From Candidatus Latescibacterota bacterium (lineage in GTDB: Bacteria; Latescibacterota; UBA2968), in NCBI GenBank assembly GCA_965222605.1, contig OZ244960.1:2176001-2240000 (forward strand): a stretch of DNA of 64,000 nucleotides. The letters run 5' to 3'. Below, in pieces: positions 18,363 to 27,389 of this stretch. Below the pieces are notes generated by a model. It did not search any database. It saw only the letters and a list, made by a program, of their open reading frames with translations, and was not told where the DNA came from. Each line of letters begins with the position of its first letter. Positions within the stretch are counted from its first letter, which is position 1. The position numbers and the translations under genes are program-made.

Positions 18363-18714
18363 CACTTCCACCCCGCGACGAAGAGAGATATGGCTTGTCA
18401 ATTTTGACCCAACTGTAGGCAGGGAGATACAAAAAACCCGTCCTGCGGTGGTGGTAAATTCTGATGCGGTTGGACGTTTACCCATCAAGCTGGTTGCCCC
18501 CATTACGGACTGGAAGGCGTATTTCGCACCCAATATCTGGCATGTGCGGATTGCACCGGATCCTACCAATAGCCTCACAAAAGTCTCCGCTGTCGATACT
18601 TTGCAGTTGCGTGGTATGGATAGGAGACGCTTCATTCGGAAATTGGGAGAAGTCTCGCCAGAAACGATGGAGGAGATTGTTCTCGCAATTACTGCTATCA
18701 TTGAATATCCGTAG
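18349..18714 (+). CDS. mazF: PemK/MazF-family toxin endoribonuclease
   Basis: RREIWLVNFDPTVGREIQKTRPAVVV..LVAPIT. Confidence 0.9.
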   Translation: MLSHSTSTPRRREIWLVNFDPTVGREIQKTRPAVVVNSDAVGRLPIKLVAPITDWKAYFAPNIWHVRIAPDPTNSLTKVSAVDTLQLRGMDRRRFIRKLGEVSPETMEEIVLAITAIIEYP

Positions 18715-18772
18715 ATGCAGGTCCAGCCTATCCCAACAAAGGGTGGAATCGTAAACTCGCCAAGGAGTCTCA

Positions 18773-19900
18773 ATGAATACCGAACATGAAAAACTGGAAA
18801 CAGTCGAAACAACCCAAACATCCCCCGAAGGATTCTTCACCCTCGCAAAACTCGGAGAACGCTGGATTCTACTCACGCCAGAGCGACAGCCGTTCTTCTC
18901 AGTCGGACTGAATCACATCGACTCCTCTCCACTGCTGTATCCTGAGAATCTGCCCCGCTGGAAACAGAAATACGACAACAACAGCATCAAATGGATCTGC
19001 GAATCCGTATCTCCCAACCTGCAATCCTGGGGTTTCAACACCGTCGGCTGGGTACAGGATGTGACCATCTTAAAACACGCGCACAGTCCGAGTTTCACCC
19101 TGGAAGAATATCGCGCGCTATCAATGCCCTACTGCCACCTGCTGCCCTTCATCGAAACACATCAGTGGAATACATGGCACAGAAATCCCGACATCTTCAG
19201 CAAAGACTTCGAGGACTGGTGTGATTATGTCGCCAGATCCGAATGCGCGCGACTGAGGGACGAACCAAACTTAATCGGCTATTTTTACTCGGACTGTCCA
19301 ACCTGGGTTCACGTCCGAACCCCACACACGGCATGGCGCGGCCCCATGTTTGATCCCACGCGACTGGAATCACAAGCAGGCCGGGCTGAACTATTCAACA
19401 TGGCACAGCGATACTACAAAATCACCCACGACGCCATTCGCCGTTATGATCCCCACCACTTGATCCTGGGAGACCGATACGAAGCACTTGCAGCACTCCC
19501 AATGGAAATTGTACAGGCTGCCGAACCGTATGTTGACGTACTCAGCTTTCAGGACTTCAGAGATCCGGTCACACACATGCACGAATGGCACGCAGCCACG
19601 GGAAAGCCGGTTCTATGGGCGGATGGATCTCGCCCGCGGGAAACCATCGCGGATGACAGCGGAAAATATCTGGATGGGGAATATTATCTTGCAGATGGGA
19701 AATGGTATGCTGAGGCCCTCTACGGCCTCCTGAAAAATCCCGGCGCAATAGGCGCGCATCTTTGCGGCGGTTATGTCCGAAACCGTTTCCGCCGAAAAGG
19801 ACTGATCGACGAAAAAGAGCAACCCGACCACGAAGCCATCTCCGAAATTCAAAAAGGCAGTGGGGTTGTCGCGCGCTGGCTCGATAATTTGGAATCCTGA
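18773..19900 (+). CDS. Agarase-like clan GH-A glycoside hydrolase
   Basis: L.SWGFNTVGW, LIGYF, YY..HDAIRRYDPHHLILGDR, YVDVLS. Confidence 0.65.
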   Translation: MNTEHEKLETVETTQTSPEGFFTLAKLGERWILLTPERQPFFSVGLNHIDSSPLLYPENLPRWKQKYDNNSIKWICESVSPNLQSWGFNTVGWVQDVTILKHAHSPSFTLEEYRALSMPYCHLLPFIETHQWNTWHRNPDIFSKDFEDWCDYVARSECARLRDEPNLIGYFYSDCPTWVHVRTPHTAWRGPMFDPTRLESQAGRAELFNMAQRYYKITHDAIRRYDPHHLILGDRYEALAALPMEIVQAAEPYVDVLSFQDFRDPVTHMHEWHAATGKPVLWADGSRPRETIADDSGKYLDGEYYLADGKWYAEALYGLLKNPGAIGAHLCGGYVRNRFRRKGLIDEKEQPDHEAISEIQKGSGVVARWLDNLES

Positions 19901-19926
19901 ACAGGCTTGAATGCAGGAGATCAGAA

Positions 19927-21288
19927 ATGTCCTTGACTGCACGCGGCCCTGCGCTGTACACGCTCATTTTTGTCGTGGCAGTAGCTCTTGTCGCCGCTTT
20001 CGTTATTCTAATCCCGGAAACAGAAAACAATGAAATTGCCGAATTGCGCCGCACCGCTGAGCAAGGTGACGCCAAAGCGCAATACAACCTCGGCGTAATG
20101 TACTATAATGGCATAGGTGTTACTCAGGACTTTTCTAAAGCCCTCGAATGGTTCCACCACGCTGCTGAACAGGGTTTCGCCGATGCACAATCCGACCTCG
20201 GCTATATGTACTCCAACGGCAAGGGCGTTATCCAGGACTTTTCTAAAGCCCTCGAATGGTTCCACCGCGCTGCTGAACAGGGTGACGCCAAAGCGCAATG
20301 CAGTCTCGGCTGGATGTACGCCAATGGGGAAGGGGTATCCCAGGATTTTTCTGAGGCCGTTGAGTGGTATCGTCGCGCTGCTGAACAGGGTAACCCTAAA
20401 GGGCAAGACAATCTCGGCTATATGCACTACAAAGGCGACGGGGTCCCCCAGGATTTTTCTAAAGCTGTTGAATGGTACCGTCGCGCTGCTGAACAGGATT
20501 TCGCTGATGCCCAATACAACCTCGGTTCAATGTACTACAATGGGGAAGGAGTCCCCCAGAATTGCTCTGAAGCCCTCAAATGGTATCACCGCGCTGCTGA
20601 ACAGAGTTATGCTCCTGCGCAATACAACCTCGGCTATATGTACTACAACGGCGAAGGCGTTACCCAGGATTACGCTGAAGCCATTGTCTGGTTCCGTCGT
20701 GCTGCTGAACAGGGTTTCGCCGATGCCCAGTTCACCCTTGGCTTGATGTACACTAACGGCGAAGGGATTCCACAGGATTATGCTCAAGCTGTTGAATGGT
20801 ACCGCCGTGCGGCCGAGCAAGGCAACGTCAGGGCGCAATACACCCTCGGCGTGAAGTACGCCAAGGGTGAGGGCATTTCCCAGGACCTCTCGGAAGCTGT
20901 CGAATGGTATCGCCTCGCTGCTGAACAGGGTCCCCCACAGGCCCAATTTGCCCTCGGCCTGGCATACGCCCAGGGCAAGGGCGTTCCGCAGGATTATTCT
21001 AAAGCCATTGATTGGTATCGCCTTGCCTCTGGACAAGGTGACGCCGATGCACAATTCAATCTCGGCTATATGTACACCGATGGCCTGGGTGTGCCCCCGG
21101 ATTATATTGCCGCACACACCTTTTTTCTTCTCGCCGACACCAACGGTCATGAAGATGCGGGAAAAGCCCGTGACAGGCTTGCCGCGAAAATGACGGCTGA
21201 GCAGATCGCCGAGGCTCAGCGCAGAGCACGCGCATGGAAGCCGAAGACATGGGAAGAGTTGAAGGGACAGTTGGATCGGTTAAGATGA
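19927..21288 (+). CDS. Membrane-anchored Sel1-like repeat protein (10 repeats)
   Basis: N-terminal TM helix; ten 36-aa AEQG.A.AQ..LG.MY..G.GV units. Confidence 0.95.
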   Translation: MSLTARGPALYTLIFVVAVALVAAFVILIPETENNEIAELRRTAEQGDAKAQYNLGVMYYNGIGVTQDFSKALEWFHHAAEQGFADAQSDLGYMYSNGKGVIQDFSKALEWFHRAAEQGDAKAQCSLGWMYANGEGVSQDFSEAVEWYRRAAEQGNPKGQDNLGYMHYKGDGVPQDFSKAVEWYRRAAEQDFADAQYNLGSMYYNGEGVPQNCSEALKWYHRAAEQSYAPAQYNLGYMYYNGEGVTQDYAEAIVWFRRAAEQGFADAQFTLGLMYTNGEGIPQDYAQAVEWYRRAAEQGNVRAQYTLGVKYAKGEGISQDLSEAVEWYRLAAEQGPPQAQFALGLAYAQGKGVPQDYSKAIDWYRLASGQGDADAQFNLGYMYTDGLGVPPDYIAAHTFFLLADTNGHEDAGKARDRLAAKMTAEQIAEAQRRARAWKPKTWEELKGQLDRLR

Positions 21289-22121
21289 TGGGATATGAGA
21301 CCATGCCATTAGACCTCATTACACCTGCTATGACCGATGAAACACCTGGCCCGGGCAAGCGTGTGCGTCAAATCGCGCCAGAGTACAGAGGGACCGATGT
21401 ACACCACGCGCTATACCTTCCCATAGACTGGCAACCCGGGCGCAAATACCCCGTCATCGTCGAATACACCGGCAACAAATGGGAACCGTGCAAATCAACG
21501 GGTAAGGTAGAAGATGCGAACCTGGGCTATGGGATAAGTGGAGGCAAAGGATTTATCTGGATAACCATGCCATATATAGAAAAAGGCAAAAAAGAAAACG
21601 CCGTCACATGGTGGGGCGACACAAAGGCAACCGTGACCTACTGCAAGACCAATCTCCCGCGGATCTGTGAAAAATTTGGAGGCGACCCGCACAACATATT
21701 CATCTGCGGCTTCTCGCGCGGTGCTATTGGCACCAGCTACATCGGCCTTGCAGACGATGTAATTGCAGCCTTCTGGAAAGGCCTCTTCACCCACGACCAT
21801 TTTGACGGCGAACGGAACTGGGATTACCCACACAGCGATCGCGCATCCGCTCTCACCCGCCTCACACGTCTCAAAGGCCGGCCCGTGCTCATCTGCGGTC
21901 TAAAAGCCAGCAGGATAAGAGATCAATACCTCAAAGCGCACCTCGACCTGGCGCGATTCACATTCCTGAACGTGCCAACGGATCAAATATTCAACATTCC
22001 CGAAGGCAATATCGTCCACCCACATACCGATTTGTGGATGCATAGAGAAAGTGCGTATCGCAAGCGCGCCAGAGCATGGCTTGAAAGCGTGCTAAAAGAA
22101 ACGCACTACGCCCAGGGATGA
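21285..22121 (+). CDS. Putative alpha/beta hydrolase
   Basis: LYLP.DW..YPVIVE, nucleophile elbow GFSRG; ATGA overlap with the Sel1 gene. Confidence 0.6.
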   Translation: MMGYETMPLDLITPAMTDETPGPGKRVRQIAPEYRGTDVHHALYLPIDWQPGRKYPVIVEYTGNKWEPCKSTGKVEDANLGYGISGGKGFIWITMPYIEKGKKENAVTWWGDTKATVTYCKTNLPRICEKFGGDPHNIFICGFSRGAIGTSYIGLADDVIAAFWKGLFTHDHFDGERNWDYPHSDRASALTRLTRLKGRPVLICGLKASRIRDQYLKAHLDLARFTFLNVPTDQIFNIPEGNIVHPHTDLWMHRESAYRKRARAWLESVLKETHYAQG

Positions 22122-23116
22122 AGCACGATCTTCGCGGCCTCGCCAGCAGCCAGAAGACCGAAAGCCTCCTGAATTTTGCTCATCGGCATAACATGACTGA
22201 TCAGTTTATCGATAAGAGGCGATTCCGCGATCACCTGCATCACGCCCTCATAATCCTGCATATTATACAGCCAGTTTCCCGACACCAGCAACCCTTTGCG
22301 AATCAAATCCGGGCTCACCCTGATCGGCAAATCCTGGGAACACTCGCCGACAAACGCCACCCGTCCGCGCCGCCGCACCGCATCAATACACAACCGCTCG
22401 CCCGCCACCGAACCAGAACAATCCACCGCGCAATCAACCCCGCGACCATCTGTCAATTCTCGAATACGCGCAAGCGGATCATCCTGCGGATGCAACACCA
22501 CCTCTGCGCCCAACTCGAGACCGAGAGCAGCGCGCCACGGCGCAGGCTCCACCGCCAGCACCCGCGCCCCGCGAAACCGCGCATTAATAATCCCACCAAG
22601 CCCCACCGGACCCAGACCCGTAATCAGTACCGTATCAAAAGCACCCACGCCAATAGCTTGCATGCCCCCAAAAGAAGCGCCGATACCGTCAATCGCCATC
22701 GTCGCCTGCTCATAAGTAACCCGCTCCGGAATCGGCAACAAAAGCCAGGAAGGCTTGACCACATAATGGGCAAACGTACCACTACCATCGCGGCTCCCCG
22801 TAAACTCGGCAAAATTATATGTATCCTCACAATAGATATAATCGCCAGCGCGGCACAGGGCGCAATTCCCACACGGATACTGCGGCATCACCGTAACCCG
22901 GTCTCCCACCTTCACCCGCCCCGGCTGCGCCACCGCCACCACCTCGCCAGCCCCCTCGTGCCCGATCACCTCGCGCCGATCACCCGCCATCCACGTCTTG
23001 TACTCAGTACACATCGCCGAAGCGTGAACCTTCACCACCGCCCAATCCTCCTTCGGCTCTGGCACTGGTGCCGGCACCACATCAGCCTGTTGCTTTCCAA
23101 CGATCCTTGCTTTCAT
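22106..23116 (-). CDS. Zinc-dependent (MDR) alcohol/polyol dehydrogenase
   Basis: GHEGAG, CGNCALC..C, GLGPVG. Confidence 0.9.
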   Translation of the reverse strand: MKARIVGKQQADVVPAPVPEPKEDWAVVKVHASAMCTEYKTWMAGDRREVIGHEGAGEVVAVAQPGRVKVGDRVTVMPQYPCGNCALCRAGDYIYCEDTYNFAEFTGSRDGSGTFAHYVVKPSWLLLPIPERVTYEQATMAIDGIGASFGGMQAIGVGAFDTVLITGLGPVGLGGIINARFRGARVLAVEPAPWRAALGLELGAEVVLHPQDDPLARIRELTDGRGVDCAVDCSGSVAGERLCIDAVRRRGRVAFVGECSQDLPIRVSPDLIRKGLLVSGNWLYNMQDYEGVMQVIAESPLIDKLISHVMPMSKIQEAFGLLAAGEAAKIVLHPWA

Positions 23117-23357
23117 GTTCGTTCGCCTTCCTAATCAACAGTTGAGCAGTTTGATGATTTTCGGGAACATCATCAAGCGGAAAGTCATTATGGGTACTAT
23201 CACTTGAAAACAACTCGGGATTATCAAGTTCACTATAAATATCAGCCAGATTATCTTCCAGTTTTTCCAGAGTTTCGCCCTGTGTCCAATAATCTGAATA
23301 ATCTACAAGATATCCCAGATACCAAGAATCAGAAACCCAATAGACATATTTTAGAAT
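23082..23357 (-). pseudogene. HicB-like antitoxin ORF with ATT at the start position (non-canonical start or pseudogene)
   Basis: Manual translation (I)LKYVYWVSDSWYLGYLVDYSDYWTQGETLEKLEDNLADIY..., 91 codons; AGGAGG 8 nt before ATT; no hicA downstream. Confidence 0.6.
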
Positions 23358-23380
23358 TGTTGCTTCCTCCTTTTTATGAA

Positions 23381-23560
23381 CTGATGTTACGCATGTCTCG
23401 CGTTTTTGTCATGCTGAGGCGGGCACAATGAATCTCCTGCGCCCAACACCCGATAGGCTGACGAAGCATCTTTTACCTCTGAAGTATATAGATTCTTCGA
23501 CTCCGCTGCGCTCCGCTCAGAATGACAGGCACATTATATTGTGCCTGTGCGTAACATCAG
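23381..23560. mobile_element. 180-bp MITE with 13-bp perfect TIRs and 7-bp target duplication
   Basis: CTGATGTTACGCA (23381-23393) and TGCGTAACATCAG (23548-23560); TTATGAA at 23374-23380 and 23561-23567. Confidence 0.75.
23407..23527. repeat. REP-like palindromic element nested in the MITE
   Basis: TGTCATGCTGAG pairs with CTCAGAATGACA, and CGAAGCATCT with AGATTCTTCG, one mismatch each. Confidence 0.65.
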
Positions 23561-24000
23561 TTATGAAGTATGACAACTCAATTTTCTAACGCTTACCAGG
23601 CTACGGTCAACGTTAGTAGAGGGGCTATTGAGGTGCGCCCGCTTCTGTGAGAACCTGAACCACCTCACGGAGCTTATCCTTATTCTTAATCCTCGAACGC
23701 AACGCAGTCATAAGCGGTGTATGTCCCGCACTATCTCGCAAATCGACTTCCGCGCCGTGATCGAGAAGCAGAGAAACGACCTCCACAAAACCCGCCCTCG
23801 CCGCGCAATGCAACGCAGTCTGCCCCTTGTAATTTTGCGCATTCACATCCGCACCACGCGCGATCAAATCGCGGATACGATCAACACTGCCGCCGCGATC
23901 GCCGCGAGACTGAAAAACAATCGGCGGCCACCCATCCTCTGCGCGATTCGGATCACAATCCACCCCGCGGCTCGAAAGCAGGGCAATAATATCGGGATTG

Positions 24001-25297
24001 GTGACTACTCCCAACGCTAAAGCTCTCTGCGAGTGGGCTTCGTGGCGGTCAATCCGCCTGACGTTGTAGCCCCAACGTCAATATGTTTATCGCAGCATTG
24101 TGGTCTCTGTCCGTCTTATAGCCACACACTTTGCAATGATGCACACGCTGAGAAAGAGATTTCTTTTCCCTGTGTCCGCATGCCGAGCAGTCTTGTGACG
24201 TATGTCTGGGATTGACGGCTTTGAATCCAATACCAGCCTCTTCCGCTTTGTATTCGAGACAATGCCGAAACAGTGACCACGCTACGTCTGCTATTGATTT
24301 AGACAGTCGCCTGTTCTTTTGCATCTTTTTTACTCTCAACTTCTCTACGGCGACAAAGCCGTGACGATTGACAATTTTTCTTGATTCTTGATGGGCAAAG
24401 TTATGTCGCTTATTACGGATACGCTCATGCACTCTTGCAATAACCTTACGTGCTCTCTCTCGCCTCTTTGGACAGACCTTTTTCAATGCGTCCCATTTGC
24501 GCTGTGCTTTGGCAAGAGTCTTTTCCTCTTTTCTAAAGAAACGAGGATTATCAACATGTTCGCAGTCACTGGTCACAGCAAAGGAATTGAGACCCACGTC
24601 AATGCCAACGGCTGGCGTAGCGTCACTCTTTTCAGGCGCGTCGCCCATATCACAAGAGATAGACGCGAACCACTTGCCCGTCGCTGTTCTCATGACTGTG
24701 CAAGATTTAGGGATACCGTCAAGAGGTCTGTGCTGGACAATGCGGATACAGCCTATTTTGCCCATTCTCAAGCCTTTGTCGTCCAATCGGCATCCGTTGG
24801 AAAACTGAGGATAGGTGATAGAATCATAGCGATTCTGTCCCTTATATCTGGGAAAGCCAGCCTTTTCGCCCGTCTTTGCTTTCTCTTTGAGACGGCGAAA
24901 GAATGCTTTGAATGCCAGATCAACACGTACCGCGACTTGCTGCAAGACTTGACTATATACTTGCACAAAACCATTGTGCTGCTGTTTCAGCAAAGGCAAC
25001 GTCTTTTGCTGGTCATAGCAAGACAGCGATTCTTTGCCATTCTCATAGGCTTGTATCCGAGCGGCAATAAGCTGGTTATATAGTATGCGACATTCGTCAA
25101 TATGTGCCAGCAAGATTTTCTCTTGCTTTTTCGTTGGTCGCAATCTATATTTGAAGGACTTAACCATAAGTAAAATATACACTTATGTATCATTTTTGTC
25201 AAGCGATATGGCAACGCTCATATACACTAAAGCTAAGAAAGGAAGCCCTTCGCCATGCGACCCACGCCTAAAGGACGTGGGCTTTACGGGCTGTAAG
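24001..25297 (-). mobile_element. IS200/IS605-family TnpB-only (IS1341-type) element, 1297 bp
   Basis: Inserted 3' of TTAC. Left end has AAAG plus hairpin GCCCACGTCCTTTAGGCGTGGGT; right end has GAAG, an imperfect hairpin and TCAC. No target duplication; exact removal restores the host ORF. Confidence 0.9.
24049..25167 (-). CDS. tnpB: RNA-guided endonuclease TnpB
   Basis: FKYRLRPT HTH; RuvC motifs GIDVG, VAVEKL, DRDHNAAINI; zinc finger CSAC..CKVC. Confidence 0.95.
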   Translation of the reverse strand: MVKSFKYRLRPTKKQEKILLAHIDECRILYNQLIAARIQAYENGKESLSCYDQQKTLPLLKQQHNGFVQVYSQVLQQVAVRVDLAFKAFFRRLKEKAKTGEKAGFPRYKGQNRYDSITYPQFSNGCRLDDKGLRMGKIGCIRIVQHRPLDGIPKSCTVMRTATGKWFASISCDMGDAPEKSDATPAVGIDVGLNSFAVTSDCEHVDNPRFFRKEEKTLAKAQRKWDALKKVCPKRRERARKVIARVHERIRNKRHNFAHQESRKIVNRHGFVAVEKLRVKKMQKNRRLSKSIADVAWSLFRHCLEYKAEEAGIGFKAVNPRHTSQDCSACGHREKKSLSQRVHHCKVCGYKTDRDHNAAINILTLGLQRQAD

Positions 25298-25943
25298 GTA
25301 AGACCGGAACGGGGTAGTTCAGCCATCGTCGGATCGAGACCCGCGTCGAGCAACACCTTCAAAATATCCGCTCGCTCGCGCCAAATACAAAACCGCACCA
25401 GCCAGTCACCGCAAAGCCGCGGATCTGCACCCCACTCAAGCAACAAGCAAACAATATCCAGATAACCGGCACCAACCGCGTAGTGCAACACCGTAGCGCG
25501 GACATTCGTATCGTACTGTACCCTCTCCGCAGTGGCGAGACCCGGATCGCGGCGCAAACACGCGGCAACCGCATCCCCATTCCCCAGATACGCAAACGTG
25601 TAAATATCAGCAGTGGCACCTCGCGCCCACAACAAATCGGCAACCGCATCGTGATTCTTAAACCGCGCCGCGCAATAAGGCGAAATATCCACCAGCAACG
25701 GCGTAAAATGACAGCCCCACGCATGGACATCTGCGCCCTGGTCGAGCAACCATTCGACCATCGCCAACCGCCCCCGGTACGCCGCTTCCCACAGCATCGT
25801 CCGCCCGTGCGACCCAACGCGCAACAACCAATCTGGCCTCTCCGCCAGCACCGCCAGCACAGTCTCCAAATCGCCGCGACCAGCAGCCGCAACACCGATC
25901 TTCAAAAAATCGCTAATTTTACCCGTAAGCAGTGACATCGATT

Positions 25944-26174
25944 TCAATCGAGATGCAAGCGATAGTGTCTGGGGCCGATTTTTTCTAATCTACCGTCTTC
26001 CAACCACTGCGCCCGACGTTTCAACGCCAACTGAATCAGACCCCGACGTGCATCCGCATCTCGAGGACGACGACGGGGCGGGCGCTGGCGTCGCTGCGTG
26101 CGTTGCTCGAGTTGATAGCGTCGCGCACGCGGTCGTATCTCTCGAACGTGCTGATCAAAGTTTACAGTTTTCAA
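25944..26174 (-). CDS. Small Arg-rich hypothetical protein
   Basis: 76 aa; ATGA overlap with the upstream gene. Confidence 0.5.
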   Translation of the reverse strand: MKTVNFDQHVREIRPRARRYQLEQRTQRRQRPPRRRPRDADARRGLIQLALKRRAQWLEDGRLEKIGPRHYRLHLD

Positions 26175-26752
26175 CCCCTGTCCTCCTCTGCCTGATTTCT
26201 GAACGCAATCAATGCCTCCAGCACGCCTTCTGTTTGCGCGCGGGTTTTAAGATATGTCCAATCAATATCTTGTTGGTATAGAGCCATGAGTTCCTGCGCC
26301 CAATTTCCATCATCGGTTGAATCCCAATGGACATAAGCATCCAGCCGATCAATGATGAGATCTTCCACACCGATGATATAGACAGTCAAATCCTCAATCT
26401 CGACCCGTGTCACCTTATCTTCAGATCCGGCGAGAACATCATCGGGAATCTCAATCGCAATATCCAGCCCCACATGATGCCAATGCCTGCCCATCTGATC
26501 AAACCCCCAGCTTTCCAACAAATTGCCAATTTCGGTTCGCCTTGTACTCACGAGATCGACATCCACAGTGGCATAAGCACCAAGCGTGTAGAACTCCAGG
26601 GCATTGTCACCAACGATGACATAAGGAAACTTTTTCGCTTGCGGCAATGCTGCGACCACAAGCGCGCAAACATAGAGCCGACGGCGCAATGGATCGGCAA
26701 TTGTTTTCGCATAATCGAGTTTTGCACACCATTTTGTTTTTGACATACGCAA
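26171..26752 (-). CDS. Putative nucleotidyltransferase (DUF6036-like)
   Basis: IVGDNA..G.YAT.DVDLV, EDLIIDRL, DIDW.YL. Confidence 0.6.
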   Translation of the reverse strand: MRMSKTKWCAKLDYAKTIADPLRRRLYVCALVVAALPQAKKFPYVIVGDNALEFYTLGAYATVDVDLVSTRRTEIGNLLESWGFDQMGRHWHHVGLDIAIEIPDDVLAGSEDKVTRVEIEDLTVYIIGVEDLIIDRLDAYVHWDSTDDGNWAQELMALYQQDIDWTYLKTRAQTEGVLEALIAFRNQAEEDRG

Positions 26753-26798
26753 TAAAACCTTTGCTTTTTTCTCTACACCACATCCTCGTCGCGAACCA

Positions 26799-27389
26799 TC
26801 ACTTCACCGGTATGGGATTAACAGAAAGGGACAGCGCGCGGTCGCGCTCGCTGCGATAAACAGCCTGAGACAAAAAACCGCGCGCGAACAAATCAGACAG
26901 AAGCGCATCGCGGCGCTTCAGAGCCTCAATGGGATCATTCATCGGAAGCTCCGCACCCTGCGCGAGATCGCACAGAATAAGCACTTCGCCAGCCGTGAGT
27001 TTGGAATGGTGAATATCAAAATGATATAGGGAAGCCCGCTCGAGACCGCGCACGGGACCAAACTGTGCCTGATGCAAAAATGCGGCAACGCGCTTCTCCC
27101 GTGATGTGGACACCAGAAAAAGTGCAAAAACCAAACGGCGAATGGGCTGTTGGGGCGCGAGGGCTTCGGACACGGACCACAGGAGATCTGATGCATCTGA
27201 CCGCGTGTGATAAGCCGTGATCAAATCGGGTATATCGGCGGCATAATGCGAAGTTGGCGGCACATCGAGGGCGCGGTGAAAAGCATTTCGGTAATCCAGG
27301 AAAATCGCAAAAACGCAGATCCCCAAAACGATTGCAGCAATTAGTCTAAAAACATGTCGCACCTTGAAAATCACACATCCTCCACTCAC
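26799..27389 (-). CDS. Membrane-anchored degenerate transglycosylase-like protein
   Basis: N-terminal TM; FG.VRGLE.AS..HF....LT.GE..L and A.KRRD..L resemble the GT51 C-terminal part; no catalytic EDxxFxxHxG motif. Confidence 0.45.
   Translation of the reverse strand: MSGGCVIFKVRHVFRLIAAIVLGICVFAIFLDYRNAFHRALDVPPTSHYAADIPDLITAYHTRSDASDLLWSVSEALAPQQPIRRLVFALFLVSTSREKRVAAFLHQAQFGPVRGLERASLYHFDIHHSKLTAGEVLILCDLAQGAELPMNDPIEALKRRDALLSDLFARGFLSQAVYRSERDRALSLSVNPIPVK

Larger units (their letters stand above)
23625..25938 (-). pseudogene. Ankyrin-repeat protein gene interrupted by an IS200/IS605 element
   Basis: GRTMLWEAA, TVLHYAV, GQTALHCAA, GHTPLMTA repeats. Joining 25938-25298 to 24000-23625 restores a 338-aa frame (..RSGLT/NPDIIALL..). 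Confidence 0.85.

Noticed and set aside
20050-21100. Regular repeats as a possible CRISPR array
   Set aside because: 108-nt coding periodicity of Sel1 repeats; no repeat-spacer structure or cas genes seen in the window.
23204-23431. 75-aa plus-strand ORF
   Set aside because: Antisense to the HicB-like frame and runs into the MITE; no RBS.
23584-23618. CTAAC..GTTAG inverted motif resembling an attC site
   Set aside because: Far too short for attC and no integron integrase in the window.
25168-25297. TnpB element as an IStron (group I intron fusion)
   Set aside because: Only 130 nt between the left end and tnpB, too short for a group I intron core.
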